In this document: piece after piece, positions 19,290 to 28,864 of the stretch | Layout of the letters: the number at the start of each line of letters is the position of its first letter | Position numbering within the stretch: the first letter of the stretch is position 1 | DNA from: Spirochaetia bacterium | GTDB lineage: Bacteria; Spirochaetota; Spirochaetia; UBA9216 | Reading direction: 5' to 3' | Assembly: GCA_963675665.1 (NCBI GenBank) | Contig: OY776510.1 | Coordinates: 3,808,001 to 3,872,000 of the forward strand | Length of the DNA: 64,000 bases | Notes under the pieces: model-generated | Databases searched by the model: none | Told to the model about the DNA's origin: nothing | What the model saw: only the letters and a program-made list of their open reading frames with translations | Program-made: the position numbers and the translations under genes

Positions 19290-19325
19290 GGCCGTTTCGG
19301 ATTTATCCGATAACGGTCTTTTTTT
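19290..19325 (+). terminator. Intrinsic terminator after groES
   Basis: GGCCGTTTCGGA-TTTA-TCCGATAACGGTC followed by a T-tract. Confidence 0.75.
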
Positions 19326-19373
19326 ATTCTCATTTTTTTAATTTAAAGAAAGTAATCGTTCCGGCCTTTTATC

Positions 19374-21836
19374 TCAACCGATAAAAAGATAATTTTCAGC
19401 ATCTCGCAAAATTCCCTCTGCAGGTTTAATGCTTCTGGCTGTATCCGGAAGTGAATTTATAAAGATTCTGCCGTATGCTTTTCTCACTATTCGTGAGTCC
19501 AGTACGGCAACAACACCCGAATCAGTACCGCGACGCATCAGGCGGCCGAACCCCTGCTTCAGCCTTATAACAGCTTCCGGAAGCATGTATTCCATAAACT
19601 GGTTGCCTCCGCGCTGTTCAACTGCTTCCATACGTGCTGCAATAACAGGATCCGTCGGTACCATAAACGGTAATTTACAGATTATTACCACCTTAAGCGT
19701 GTCTCCGGGACTGTCGATTCCCTCCCAGAACGAAGAGGTTGCAAAAAGGACGCTGGCGGTATCGGTTTTGAAACGCTCGAGCAGTCTTGTCCGGTCGTCA
19801 TCACCCTGCTTGAGCGCCGTTATCCCCAGCTCATCGAGCCTTGGTTTCAGCACGTCGAAGGTTTCCGTCAGCATTTTATATGAAGTAAAAAGCACAAGGG
19901 CCCGTCCTTCTGAAAGCTCAATCAGCCGGATTGAAAAATCCTGTACAAATTCCTGGTAGGCTTCGGTATTCGGCTCCGGGGCATCTTCGGGCAGGCCGAG
20001 CAAAACCCTCTCCTTGTAAGGGAAAGGAGATTTAAAGATTGATGCGCCTACTTCCCTATCCTCAAAGCCGTTCAGACCTACCCTGGCCGACCAGAAACGA
20101 AAATCCCGGTTAACCGACAGCGTCGCCGAAGTGCATACTACGGTTTCATATGGAGTAAAAACTGATTCCCGCATCATCCCTGATATATCAAGGGGTGTAA
20201 TCACAAAGCGCGCGAAAGACTCTCCGGAACTGCTTCTGCTTTTTTCTACCCAGAAAATATCCCCCTTTTTTTCTTCCCAGAGTGTAAACGACTGACAGAT
20301 CGAAGCAAAGACTTCCAGCCTGCGCTCCAGCATTCTCACCTCGTATACAACAGGAAGTTCCAGGTCTTTTTCATCAAGACGCCTCACAATATTCTCTACT
20401 GAATGCAGACAGTCCAGTATGCGCTTTTGAAGCTCGATCATTGCGGGAAAAATCCTGTCTTTAAAAAACTCCGATGTTTCTTCCTTTAACCGGAGATTTA
20501 TTCCGTTATCCGGAAGTTCCACAGCAATCTTATCAAGCAGCTGTGCCTGCTCCTTTATACCGTCGACAAGTCCCGGAATACATTCGTCCTCTTCCACCGC
20601 CCCGGCTTCAATTTGCAGATTGATAACCGCTCCGAATTTCCTGGCGCCCCTGCGGGTATAAAGCCTGTTAACCTGTTTCAGCACGGCGAATATATTCAAT
20701 TCCCTGGAAAAAAAGCTTGTGGCGCTCGATTCCATGTTGTGGGCTTCATCAAATACAATCCGGGTAAAAGGCGGAAGCACAACCGAGTTGTCAAAACCGG
20801 CGCCTTCAAGCCTCATGGCAAGATCGGAAAAAAGCAGATGATGATTAACTACAAGAAGCTGGGCCGAGGCTGCTTCCTTTTTGGATTTCAAAACAAAGCA
20901 TTTTTCACGATATTTACAGCGAAGGCCAAGACATGAATCGCCTTCGGAATTAACCTTGCTCCAGAGCCCTCCGGTCGGCATGAAAGAAATATCGTCCCTG
21001 GTTCCGGTTGAAGTTGTTTCGGCCCATTTGCTGATTGAATCAAGTTCCCCGCTATCCTCATCAAACAGTGTCTGCTCATCAATTGCGGTCGCAAGCCGCC
21101 GGAGGCAAATATAGTTGCCGCGGCCTTTCACAAGCACGGTTTTACAGTTTTTTGCAGATTCGTTAACCGTCTCCAGTATTTTTTTTGCAAGCGGAATATC
21201 CTTGTCTATAAGCTGATGCTGCAGATTGATGGTGGCAGTTGAAACAATCACTCTTTCATCATTGTTCGCAGCCCAGTTGAGGGCCGGAAGAAGATAAGCC
21301 ATGGACTTGCCTACTCCGGTGCCGGCCTCGGCAACACAGATTCTGCTTTTATTAAAGCTCTCTGCAATCCGCTCGAGCATCGCCACCTGGGACGGCCGAT
21401 ATTCATAATAGCCGCCGGTTTCCATTGCCTGCGCAAGCGCGCCCCCGGGTTCAAGAAGGGCCGTCAGCTCTTCAACTTCCAGAAGCCTCTTCTCTTTTAC
21501 GGTTACCGGCTCAACAACCGCGTATACGCGTTTTACCTCGTTATCAACGATAAAAAAACCGATTCCGTGTTCTCCGAGCCTGCCGGCAACCTGCATGTCG
21601 GCCGCCGAGGGTTTGAGCACCCCGCCCGGATGATTATGAATAACTACATCGCCTTTTTCCATATGCCCGGCAACCGCAGGTACAGCTGCTTCGTCCCCCC
21701 GGGCGGCAACTTCAGCCTCTGCCACTATACCGTCCGTAACCTTTCCCCACGCCATAACCTCATTCCCGTCGGAATCGATTATTGCCCCGCGAAGCTTTTC
21801 AATTACGGCCTGTGACAGTTTTTCAGCTGCATCCAT
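19374..21836 (-). CDS. DinG/XPD-family SF2 helicase with N-terminal JAB/RadC-like domain
   Basis: HNHPGGVLKPSAAD; EAGTGVGKS, DEAH, four Fe-S Cys, FWEGID, QGFGRLMR. Start probably ATG 21836. Confidence 0.9.
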   Translation of the reverse strand: MDAAEKLSQAVIEKLRGAIIDSDGNEVMAWGKVTDGIVAEAEVAARGDEAAVPAVAGHMEKGDVVIHNHPGGVLKPSAADMQVAGRLGEHGIGFFIVDNEVKRVYAVVEPVTVKEKRLLEVEELTALLEPGGALAQAMETGGYYEYRPSQVAMLERIAESFNKSRICVAEAGTGVGKSMAYLLPALNWAANNDERVIVSTATINLQHQLIDKDIPLAKKILETVNESAKNCKTVLVKGRGNYICLRRLATAIDEQTLFDEDSGELDSISKWAETTSTGTRDDISFMPTGGLWSKVNSEGDSCLGLRCKYREKCFVLKSKKEAASAQLLVVNHHLLFSDLAMRLEGAGFDNSVVLPPFTRIVFDEAHNMESSATSFFSRELNIFAVLKQVNRLYTRRGARKFGAVINLQIEAGAVEEDECIPGLVDGIKEQAQLLDKIAVELPDNGINLRLKEETSEFFKDRIFPAMIELQKRILDCLHSVENIVRRLDEKDLELPVVYEVRMLERRLEVFASICQSFTLWEEKKGDIFWVEKSRSSSGESFARFVITPLDISGMMRESVFTPYETVVCTSATLSVNRDFRFWSARVGLNGFEDREVGASIFKSPFPYKERVLLGLPEDAPEPNTEAYQEFVQDFSIRLIELSEGRALVLFTSYKMLTETFDVLKPRLDELGITALKQGDDDRTRLLERFKTDTASVLFATSSFWEGIDSPGDTLKVVIICKLPFMVPTDPVIAARMEAVEQRGGNQFMEYMLPEAVIRLKQGFGRLMRRGTDSGVVAVLDSRIVRKAYGRIFINSLPDTARSIKPAEGILRDAENYLFIG

Positions 21837-21934
21837 GCGGCTATTATTCAATTTAATCAGTCCGCTGTCAAAGGGTTTTTCCATCTTGACTATATATGCA
21901 AGTCATGATAGAAAAGAGCATAATTTTTCCGGGT

Positions 21935-22100
21935 CAATAGAGGCGCGGACGTCATCAGTAGTCTGCCGAGAAATCGGGCATTTCAGTGAAGCAGAAACGA
22001 AAGGGGTCGTCCGCCGAAGAAACAGGCAAACCCGAAAGCCGTTTTCTGGGCTCAGTGGATAATATCCCTGAGACTGTCACTTAAAAGTGGAGAGCTATTG
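21935..22100 (+). promoter_or_regulatory. Lysine riboswitch aptamer
   Basis: P1 CAATAG/CTATTG; conserved AGAGGCGC, AGTA, GAAAGG, GCCGAA, CTGTC and GGAGAGCTA; upstream of aspartokinase; promoter TTGACT-N17-TAGAAA at 21887. Confidence 0.93.
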
Positions 22101-22102
22101 AA

Positions 22103-22153
22103 CTGCAGAGTCTTGAAGGCCCAGCCTTCGGCGCTGCTTTGCAGGCAGTTTTT
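22103..22153 (+). terminator. Riboswitch expression-platform terminator
   Basis: CTGCAGAG...CTTTGCAG stem with inner GAAGGC/GCCTTC, followed by GCAGTTTTT. Confidence 0.6.
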
Positions 22154-22317
22154 CCATTCTTTAGACTATGGATTCGGAGTCATTGAAGCAATCGTAAATA
22201 ATTGCTTTCGAAGTGTTTTGACATCGAGCCATAGAACGTTTGTTTTACCGCTTTCAGTCAGAATACTTCATCTCACAAACCACCTTTCAAGACGTAAGGT
22301 TTTATAGGAGACTAAAA

Positions 22318-23655
22318 ATGATAGTGATGAAGTTCGGCGGAACATCCGTCCAGAACACAGAGATGATCGACTGTGCAATCAGAATAGCGGAAAAACAACT
22401 GGACAGGTCGCCGCTTCTGATTTCATCCGCAATGGGCAAAACTACAGACAAACTGGTTGCAATTTCGCAGGCCGCTGTTGCAGGCGACACCGAGCTTGCT
22501 TTTTCAATCTACAACGAGATAAAAGCCAATCATTTCATGGCAATAAACGGTTTTCTGTCGGGCGCCAATCTTCAGTTTGCCACGGAACGGGCCGAGGCTC
22601 TTTTTGAGGAACTGGCCTCGCTTACAAAAGGATTATCGATGCTCAGGGAATGCAGTCCACGCAGCACAGATGCCGTTCTATCTTTCGGCGAACTGCTTTC
22701 AACAATTATTATCGCTGCAAGGGCAAGAGAACTTGGAATTAACTGCACTCTTCTCGACTCGCGAAAACTTGTAAAAACTGATGACAACTTCACGGCTGCC
22801 GTGCCTCTTATGGATAAAACCGGCGAACTTATCCGCGGGGCGGTAACTCCGGCTCCCGGCAAGCTGTATGTTGCACAGGGTTTTATCGCAACAAATCTGG
22901 ACGGCGCTACAACGACCCTCGGCCGCGGCGGCTCGGACTATACGGCTACAATTTACGGTTCGTCGCTTGACGCTGAAGAAGTGCAGATATGGACTGACGT
23001 AAACGGAATAATGACTTCAGATCCGCGGATTATAAGCGATGCCAGAACGATCGAAACAGTCAGTTATGACGAAGCTGCCGAGCTTGCATTTTTCGGCGCA
23101 AAGGTTGTTCATCCTTCGACAATAGTTCCGGCAGTAGATCGCGAAATACCGGTTCTTGTAAAAAGTACCAGGGACCCTGACGGAGTATTCACCACAATTG
23201 CCCCGTCTTCCGGCAAAACCGGACTTAAGGCTATCTCAACCAAAAAGAATATAACCTTAATCGAAATTAAAACGGGCAGAATGGTAAATGCCTACGGTTT
23301 TCTGGCAAAGATATTCTCGGTATTCGAAAAACATCAGACTTCGGTTGATATTGTAACAACATCTGAGGTTTCTGTTTCAATGACGATTGAGAACCAGTCC
23401 AAACTGCATGCAATAATAGAAGATCTTAACCACTTCGGACGAGTTTCGGTTGAAGATGATAAAAGCATTGTCTGTCTTGTAGGACAGGACCTGTGGCAGG
23501 ATTCAACAGTAATCTCAAAGCTCTTTCAAACACTGGAAGGCATGCCGATCAGAATGATATCGCTTGGGGCTTCCCGAATCAATTTAACACTGGTGGTACC
23601 GGAATCTCATTGCGATGAAGCGCTGAAGCGTATTCACACAGAGTTTTTTAAGTAG
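22318..23655 (+). CDS. lysC: Aspartate kinase (lysine-sensitive type, two ACT domains)
   Basis: MKFGGTS, LGRGGSDYTA, IWTDVNG, ELAFFGAKV; SD AGGAG before ATG 22318. Confidence 0.95.
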   Translation: MIVMKFGGTSVQNTEMIDCAIRIAEKQLDRSPLLISSAMGKTTDKLVAISQAAVAGDTELAFSIYNEIKANHFMAINGFLSGANLQFATERAEALFEELASLTKGLSMLRECSPRSTDAVLSFGELLSTIIIAARARELGINCTLLDSRKLVKTDDNFTAAVPLMDKTGELIRGAVTPAPGKLYVAQGFIATNLDGATTTLGRGGSDYTATIYGSSLDAEEVQIWTDVNGIMTSDPRIISDARTIETVSYDEAAELAFFGAKVVHPSTIVPAVDREIPVLVKSTRDPDGVFTTIAPSSGKTGLKAISTKKNITLIEIKTGRMVNAYGFLAKIFSVFEKHQTSVDIVTTSEVSVSMTIENQSKLHAIIEDLNHFGRVSVEDDKSIVCLVGQDLWQDSTVISKLFQTLEGMPIRMISLGASRINLTLVVPESHCDEALKRIHTEFFK

Positions 23656-23658
23656 AGC

Positions 23659-23706
23659 AAACAAGCAAGCCTGAACTTTACGGATGCATCCGGTTCAGGC
23701 TTGTTT
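23659..23706. terminator. Probable bidirectional terminator between convergent genes
   Basis: CAAGCCTGAAC...GTTCAGGCTTG stem. Confidence 0.6.
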
Positions 23707-24394
23707 ACTGAATTATCTCTTCTGTTTCCGGGACAATGCTGACCTTCGGTTTTACTGAAACCGGACGCAACTTTCGGTACAGAATAAAACCGGAAATAAC
23801 CGGCAGCCCGGCGGTTATCAGAACCATAGGAAGCGTATATGAGAGCCTCCAGAACATCGATCCCGCCGCCGTTATAAAAGGAATTGCCAGACAGATTGTA
23901 AAGAACAGGATTCGCAGTATCCCCCTGTGCTTTAAACCTTCGGAAAACAACAGGCTAAATGCTGCAATAACACCTATTCTCTGTACGGGAACAACCAGCA
24001 GAAGATGCGAACTATACCAGCCGTATCCTATTATCATGTCGTTGATGCTCCAGAAACAGTAGAATCCGCACATAAACGCAAACATTCTGTTTACTGCATG
24101 ATGATGGGATTCAAAATCGGTAAAGCCGAATACAAGCAGGTATCCTGCTACAGCCAGGCCGAATTGCAGCAGGCTGTCATGAAACAGGTAGTACAGATAT
24201 ACTCCCGATACGGTATATTCAGGTTTTATAAAAATCAGTCTTATTATGTTATATATTATTAAAGCCGCAATAAAACATATAAAACCGTATGCAAAAGGTT
24301 TATAACTGTCGTCTATTCTGCCGTGCAGATCCGATACAAGACTGTCCATTGCAAGATAAAACAGAGGTACCGCGGTCAATAAAAAGATAATCAT
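23705..24394 (-). CDS. Hypothetical multi-pass membrane protein
   Basis: About seven hydrophobic segments; no family recognised. Confidence 0.7.
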   Translation of the reverse strand: MIIFLLTAVPLFYLAMDSLVSDLHGRIDDSYKPFAYGFICFIAALIIYNIIRLIFIKPEYTVSGVYLYYLFHDSLLQFGLAVAGYLLVFGFTDFESHHHAVNRMFAFMCGFYCFWSINDMIIGYGWYSSHLLLVVPVQRIGVIAAFSLLFSEGLKHRGILRILFFTICLAIPFITAAGSMFWRLSYTLPMVLITAGLPVISGFILYRKLRPVSVKPKVSIVPETEEIIQ

Positions 24395-24434
24395 AACAGC
24401 AGATTATCATAGAGAACTTTATTCATCAAGTAAA

Positions 24435-24723
24435 CTGTATAAGCATCAGCAATTCTCAATATGGCTGCGATCAAATGAAGACACAGCCCTTGCTGACCCC
24501 TGCACTGATGAAAAACTTGAGCAGAAACCTGCTATGTTTTCCGTCAGCACAGGGGCCCCCAGCTGCGGCACATAACTGCAGCCATATTGAGTAATACTGA
24601 CTGCCCGGAAGCGTGATTTTGTACTAATAAATGTAAGGGAAAGAGAATTATAATAATCTTTCAGGGATTCTATAATTATTCAAACGCTTCCGGAGCTAAT
24701 AATTATAATTGCTGTATAAGCAT
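24435..24723. other. Structured intergenic element: two long imperfect hairpins between 12-bp direct repeats
   Basis: CTGTATAAGCAT at 24435 and 24712; stems CTCAATATGGCTGC/GCAGCCATATTGAG and CCGGAAGCGT/ACGCTTCCGG. Confidence 0.6.
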
Positions 24724-24775
24724 TATCAGCACTGTAAAAAAAACAATACAAAGCGGAAATGCCGGTCAAACCCCT

Positions 24776-24804
24776 TTGACTCTTTTTACAAGTGGTGCTA
24801 TATT
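24776..24804 (+). promoter_or_regulatory. Sigma70 promoter of the infC operon
   Basis: TTGACT-N17-TATATT with an extended -10 TG. Confidence 0.7.
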
Positions 24805-24839
24805 AGCTTAATCTTTTTGGCTTCAATAAATAAGGAGGA

Positions 24840-25361
24840 ATGTTGGCTTCAAAAGAAATGCGGATTAACGAAAAAATTCGCTTGAAAGAGGTAAGACTGA
24901 TCGATGACGCCGGGAACCAGCACGGAGTTATTGCGTTTGACGATGCCCTCAATATGGCGAAAGAAGCCGGTTTGGATCTGGTTGAGGTAGCCCCGCAGGC
25001 AAATCCCCCGGTTTGTAAGATTCTTGATTACGGCAAGTACAAATTTGAGCAGGAAAAAAAGCTCAAAGAGTCTAAAAAGAAACAGAAACTTGTCAAAATT
25101 AAAGAAATTCGTATGCAGCCCAAGATTGAGAAACACGATCTTGAGTTTAAAGCCAAGCATGTTAAAACATTCCTGGAAGAAGGCAATAAGGTTAAGGTAA
25201 CAGTTCGCTTCAGGGGACGGGAGCTGGCTCATACCGAACTGGGAAAAGTTGTTCTGGAGAAAGTAATGGAAGCTATCGACGGAACATTTAATCTCGACAG
25301 ACCTCCTCAGATGGAAGGCAGGTTCATGTCCATGATTCTTAGCCCGAAAAATAAGAATTAA
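24840..25361 (+). CDS. infC: Translation initiation factor IF-3
   Basis: [34 protein letters not shown]. Start may be TTG 24843. Confidence 0.97.
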   Translation: MLASKEMRINEKIRLKEVRLIDDAGNQHGVIAFDDALNMAKEAGLDLVEVAPQANPPVCKILDYGKYKFEQEKKLKESKKKQKLVKIKEIRMQPKIEKHDLEFKAKHVKTFLEEGNKVKVTVRFRGRELAHTELGKVVLEKVMEAIDGTFNLDRPPQMEGRFMSMILSPKNKN

Positions 25362-25377
25362 TTATAAGAGGATTACT

Positions 25378-25575
25378 ATGCCTAAGATGAAAACAAGAAA
25401 AGCCGCCTCAAAGCGTTACTCTTTCACCGGAACAGGTAAGGTTAAATACAAGAAACAGGGATTGAGGCACATTCTTACAAAAAAAAGCACAAAGAGAAAA
25501 AGAAACCTGAGAAAATCGGGTATTCTCAGTGAAGCAGAAACAGCAAAAGTAAAAAAACTGTTGCCTTACGGTTAA
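25378..25575 (+). CDS. rpmI: 50S ribosomal protein L35
   Basis: MPKMKT...HILTKK; position in the operon. Confidence 0.97.
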   Translation: MPKMKTRKAASKRYSFTGTGKVKYKKQGLRHILTKKSTKRKRNLRKSGILSEAETAKVKKLLPYG

Positions 25576-25618
25576 CCTGACGGTTACCACAGGTTAATTT
25601 TCTATAGGAGACTGAATA

Positions 25619-25978
25619 ATGCCCAGAGCAGTTGACGGCACAAGACGAGCCGAAAGAAGAAAGAAGATATTAAAAGACGCTAAAGGTTTTTACGGAAGAA
25701 GAAGTACAAACTTCCGTGCTGCAAAAGATGCAATCGCAAAAGCCGGTGTTTATGCATACAGAGACAGAAAAAGAAAGAAAAGGGAATTCAGAAGACTCTG
25801 GATTACCAGGATTTCAGCAGGATGCAAACAGAACGGAATGAATTATTCCCAATTTATGTACGGCCTTTCAAAGACAGGAATTGAGCTTAACAGAAAGGCT
25901 CTTTCAAATATGGCTATTGAGGATCCCAAAGCTTTTTCAGCGCTTATTGAAAAATCAAAAGCAGCTATCGGAGCATAA
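25619..25978 (+). CDS. rplT: 50S ribosomal protein L20
   Basis: AYRDRKRKKREFRRLWITRI, LNRKALSNMA. Confidence 0.97.
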   Translation: MPRAVDGTRRAERRKKILKDAKGFYGRRSTNFRAAKDAIAKAGVYAYRDRKRKKREFRRLWITRISAGCKQNGMNYSQFMYGLSKTGIELNRKALSNMAIEDPKAFSALIEKSKAAIGA

Positions 25979-25981
25979 TAT

Positions 25982-26443
25982 ATGTTAACAGTCGAGCAGG
26001 TGCGTAATCTTGATAATAAAGTGCGTAAAGCGCTTGATTTGATCGGCAATCTGAAAAGTGAAAACAGCATGCTTAAAGGCAAGCTCGACGAATATAAACA
26101 GCGTATTGATCAGCTTGAAGCCGTTGTAGACGGTTTCAAGCTTGAACAGCTTGAAATTGAGGAAGGCATCAAGGACGTTTTAACCCAGCTTGATATGCTT
26201 GAGGACCAGATAACGGCCCCTGCGCCCTCCTTAACTGAAAGCGGCACAAAATCTGAATACACAGAGGCGTTGCCTGTCTCTGATTCATCTGAAAAATCTT
26301 CAACAGAATCGGAGTCCCATGTTTCTCCGGCTATTCCGGCACATGTTTCAGAATCTGAGCAGAACAAATTTTCCGGATTATCCGGCAACACTTCCAAACC
26401 GGAGCCGGTGGAGCAGCAACCGCCTGAACTGGAAATCTTTTAA
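25982..26443 (+). CDS. ZapB-like coiled-coil protein with low-complexity tail
   Basis: LDNKVRKALDLIGNLKSEN heptads; directly upstream of zapA. Confidence 0.7.
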   Translation: MLTVEQVRNLDNKVRKALDLIGNLKSENSMLKGKLDEYKQRIDQLEAVVDGFKLEQLEIEEGIKDVLTQLDMLEDQITAPAPSLTESGTKSEYTEALPVSDSSEKSSTESESHVSPAIPAHVSESEQNKFSGLSGNTSKPEPVEQQPPELEIF

Positions 26444-26445
26444 TT

Positions 26446-26742
26446 ATGAACAAGAATCTTTTTCAGATAAATATATTGGGTTCTTCATTCTCAATCCAGA
26501 CTGATGAAGCACCTGACAGAATGAAAGAGATCATTTCAATTTTAAAATCAAAAACAGAAATGGTTGAATCTGATTTATCTGTAAATGATCCTTTGAAAAA
26601 TTTGGTTATTTCAAGTATTATTATAATTGATGAACTTTTAAAAGAAAGACAGAGATCTGGTGAATATGGAAGTTCGGATTCTGAAGAGGTTGAGAGATTA
26701 ACGCTCCAGATAATGGAGAGAATTGACAAAAGTCTTGAATAA
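26446..26742 (+). CDS. zapA: Cell division protein ZapA
   Basis: INILGSSFSI, IIDELL; 98 aa; lies between a zapB-like gene and 6S RNA. Confidence 0.75.
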   Translation: MNKNLFQINILGSSFSIQTDEAPDRMKEIISILKSKTEMVESDLSVNDPLKNLVISSIIIIDELLKERQRSGEYGSSDSEEVERLTLQIMERIDKSLE

Positions 26743-26747
26743 TTATT

Positions 26748-26918
26748 ACCCTGCGGTGTGCGGGCGGGGGCGTAAATCTCTTGGGTCAAACCTCAGAAAA
26801 GGGATTCTATATTTCCGAGTTGAATTGTTCACTGTTTACAGAGAGCAGGATGCTCAGAAACGGAAACCCACTTGAACCCTGGAGTTCAAGAGATTTTCCT
26901 CAAGCGGCATCGCGGGGT
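26748..26918 (+). ncRNA. ssrS: 6S RNA
   Basis: About 170-nt rod: ACCCTGCGGTGT/GCATCGCGGGGT closing stem, AAATCTCTTGG/TCAAGAGATTT stem, CTTGAACC...GTTCAAG 3' motif; canonical position after zapA. Confidence 0.82.
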
Positions 26919-26925
26919 TTTTTAT

Positions 26926-27750
26926 ATGGCAGTAATTACAGGACAGCAGATATCAAACTATTATCAGCAGTTTGGTGACGTTGAAGTGGCTTTTAACAAA
27001 GAAGTAATTCGGGTAACCGGACTGCAAACCAGAAATAACCTTGTAAAATGCAAGGGGGCCTACTGGCCGTGTTTTGTTTACTCAAGCTCGATGCGTCAGG
27101 CTAAAATTGTAGCAAGCGTAAAAGAAGATTTCTTTAAATTTACAAAAGAAGCCAATAATATTGTATCATTGCAATTCACCTTTTTGACCGCTGAGAAATC
27201 AACGCCTTTGATTTTGCGAATTGCCGCCAAACTGTCCGGTATTGCAAAATACGGTGAAGAATCGTCGGGACTGTCGCTGCTTACCCTTACCTATACACAA
27301 AGACCTCCTGACGATCTTATTATTATTCTTGGAAGACTTCTGGAATCAAACCTCAATTCACAGAAAAGAAAAGAGGAACGTATTCAGATTAATGATCAGG
27401 TTATCAGAAAGATGGGTCTTAAAACAAAGAATATAATAATAGCAATCGACAATATTCCGCGAAAAGCACTTTTAAGGGATCTTTCTTTTTCAGGAGCCAA
27501 GCTGCTGCTAGCCGGTTTGGCCAAGTTTCTCGTTAATAAATCGATAATTATCAGGCTTGAGACTGAAGATACCGATGAGGTTTTTAATCTGGTTGGAAAA
27601 GTTCTCAGATTCGAACCAATTGAAAATCGCAAGGATATTGCGTCCATAGCCGTACAATTTGATGAAACAAGAGTACCTACTGAATATAAGCTTTTTTTTA
27701 ACGATTATCTGACAAAACTACGTCCGCCCAAATCCGGCGAACAGGTATAA
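26926..27750 (+). CDS. PilZ-domain c-di-GMP receptor (PlzA-like)
   Basis: RKEER (RxxxR) and DLSFSG (DxSxxG). Start is ATG 26926 because the longer ORF overlaps 6S. Confidence 0.85.
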   Translation: MAVITGQQISNYYQQFGDVEVAFNKEVIRVTGLQTRNNLVKCKGAYWPCFVYSSSMRQAKIVASVKEDFFKFTKEANNIVSLQFTFLTAEKSTPLILRIAAKLSGIAKYGEESSGLSLLTLTYTQRPPDDLIIILGRLLESNLNSQKRKEERIQINDQVIRKMGLKTKNIIIAIDNIPRKALLRDLSFSGAKLLLAGLAKFLVNKSIIIRLETEDTDEVFNLVGKVLRFEPIENRKDIASIAVQFDETRVPTEYKLFFNDYLTKLRPPKSGEQV

Positions 27751-27766
27751 ATAACGGAGACCCGAT

Positions 27767-28864
27767 ATGGAACCCGCAGATCCTCTCAAAAATATTGTAT
27801 ATATTTCTTTGCCCGAAGATATGCAGAGTTATAAGATTCTGCCGCTTGAACCGTCCATACTGCTTCCGGTGGAGATTGATCCTGATAACGGTTACGCTGA
27901 TATTTCCAATCTCAGTTGGGAGATGATCATCGCTGCAATGCTGAAAATTCTTGCTCATAACAGCGGACATGAAAATGCTGATTATTTCAGGACCCTAATA
28001 CTTGCCATACGTCCCGACATAAACAGCGAACTGACTACCGCAGCAATTGCGAAAGCCAAAGAGAAAGATTTTGATATAGCCGAAGAGATCTTTATTTCTT
28101 TAAAAAACCTTCTTCCAGGCAATTTTTCATCAACCCTGAATCTTTCTCTTCTTTACGAGGAACGGGCTGACTCCTATGCCTCTTCAGGCCGCAATGATTT
28201 ATCCGAAATTTATAATGAAAAAGCATTCAGTTCATATAAAGAACTTCTTGAAATTAACCCTGAATCGGCGGAAGCCCATTTCAATTTCGGATTATTTTTC
28301 CTCAAGCGCAATAGTATCGAAAAAGCATCAGATCATCTTGAGGTATTTCTGTCGCTCAGTACTGATACGAAAAAAAATAAAAAGGTAAAAGATATCCTTG
28401 CCAGGCTATCCGAAAAAAAGGATTCAGACGAGTTGTTTCTCGCTGCCTATGACGCCATCAGAATGGGCAGAGAGGATGATGCAATTGAAAAGATTAACCA
28501 TTATCTGAAAATTGCTCCCGAAGTATGGAATGCATGGTTTCTGCTGGGATGGGCCTATCGGCGGAAAAAAATGTATGCAGAAGGAGCCGAAGCCTTTCGA
28601 AAAGCCCTGTCTTTGGGTTCCGATCAGCTTGATCTTTATAACGAACTTGCTATCTGCCTGATGGAACTCGGACAGCTTGAAGAAAGCAGAAATTATCTAC
28701 TGACAGCCCTTAAAGCGGAACCCGATAATATAAAGATCTTGTCCAATCTCGGTATTGTCTCAATGAAGGAAAACAATCCGGCTGCCGCTGAAGAGTATTT
28801 CCGTTCCGTACTTGCGGTAGCTCCTGATGATAAAATTGCCGCCGAATACCTTTCAAGACTTTAA
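27767..28864 (+). CDS. TPR repeat protein
   Basis: Multiple TPRs (AEAHFNFGLF, WNAWFLLGWAY, LYNELAICL, ILSNLGIV). Confidence 0.85.
   Translation: MEPADPLKNIVYISLPEDMQSYKILPLEPSILLPVEIDPDNGYADISNLSWEMIIAAMLKILAHNSGHENADYFRTLILAIRPDINSELTTAAIAKAKEKDFDIAEEIFISLKNLLPGNFSSTLNLSLLYEERADSYASSGRNDLSEIYNEKAFSSYKELLEINPESAEAHFNFGLFFLKRNSIEKASDHLEVFLSLSTDTKKNKKVKDILARLSEKKDSDELFLAAYDAIRMGREDDAIEKINHYLKIAPEVWNAWFLLGWAYRRKKMYAEGAEAFRKALSLGSDQLDLYNELAICLMELGQLEESRNYLLTALKAEPDNIKILSNLGIVSMKENNPAAAEEYFRSVLAVAPDDKIAAEYLSRL

Noticed and set aside
24435-24449. CTGT...CAG looking like a LexA SOS box (also at 24712)
   Set aside because: Spacing is CTG-N9-CAG and CTG-N12-CAG, not the required N10.
24446-24600. 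Rod hairpin as canonical 6S or SRP RNA
   Set aside because: No SRP GNRA/AGCAG domain IV pattern in the right arrangement, and a better 6S lies after zapA.
25573-25598. TTAACCTG/CAGGTTAA hairpin between rpmI and rplT
   Set aside because: Short AT-rich stem inside an operon; not enough to call an L20 leader or terminator.
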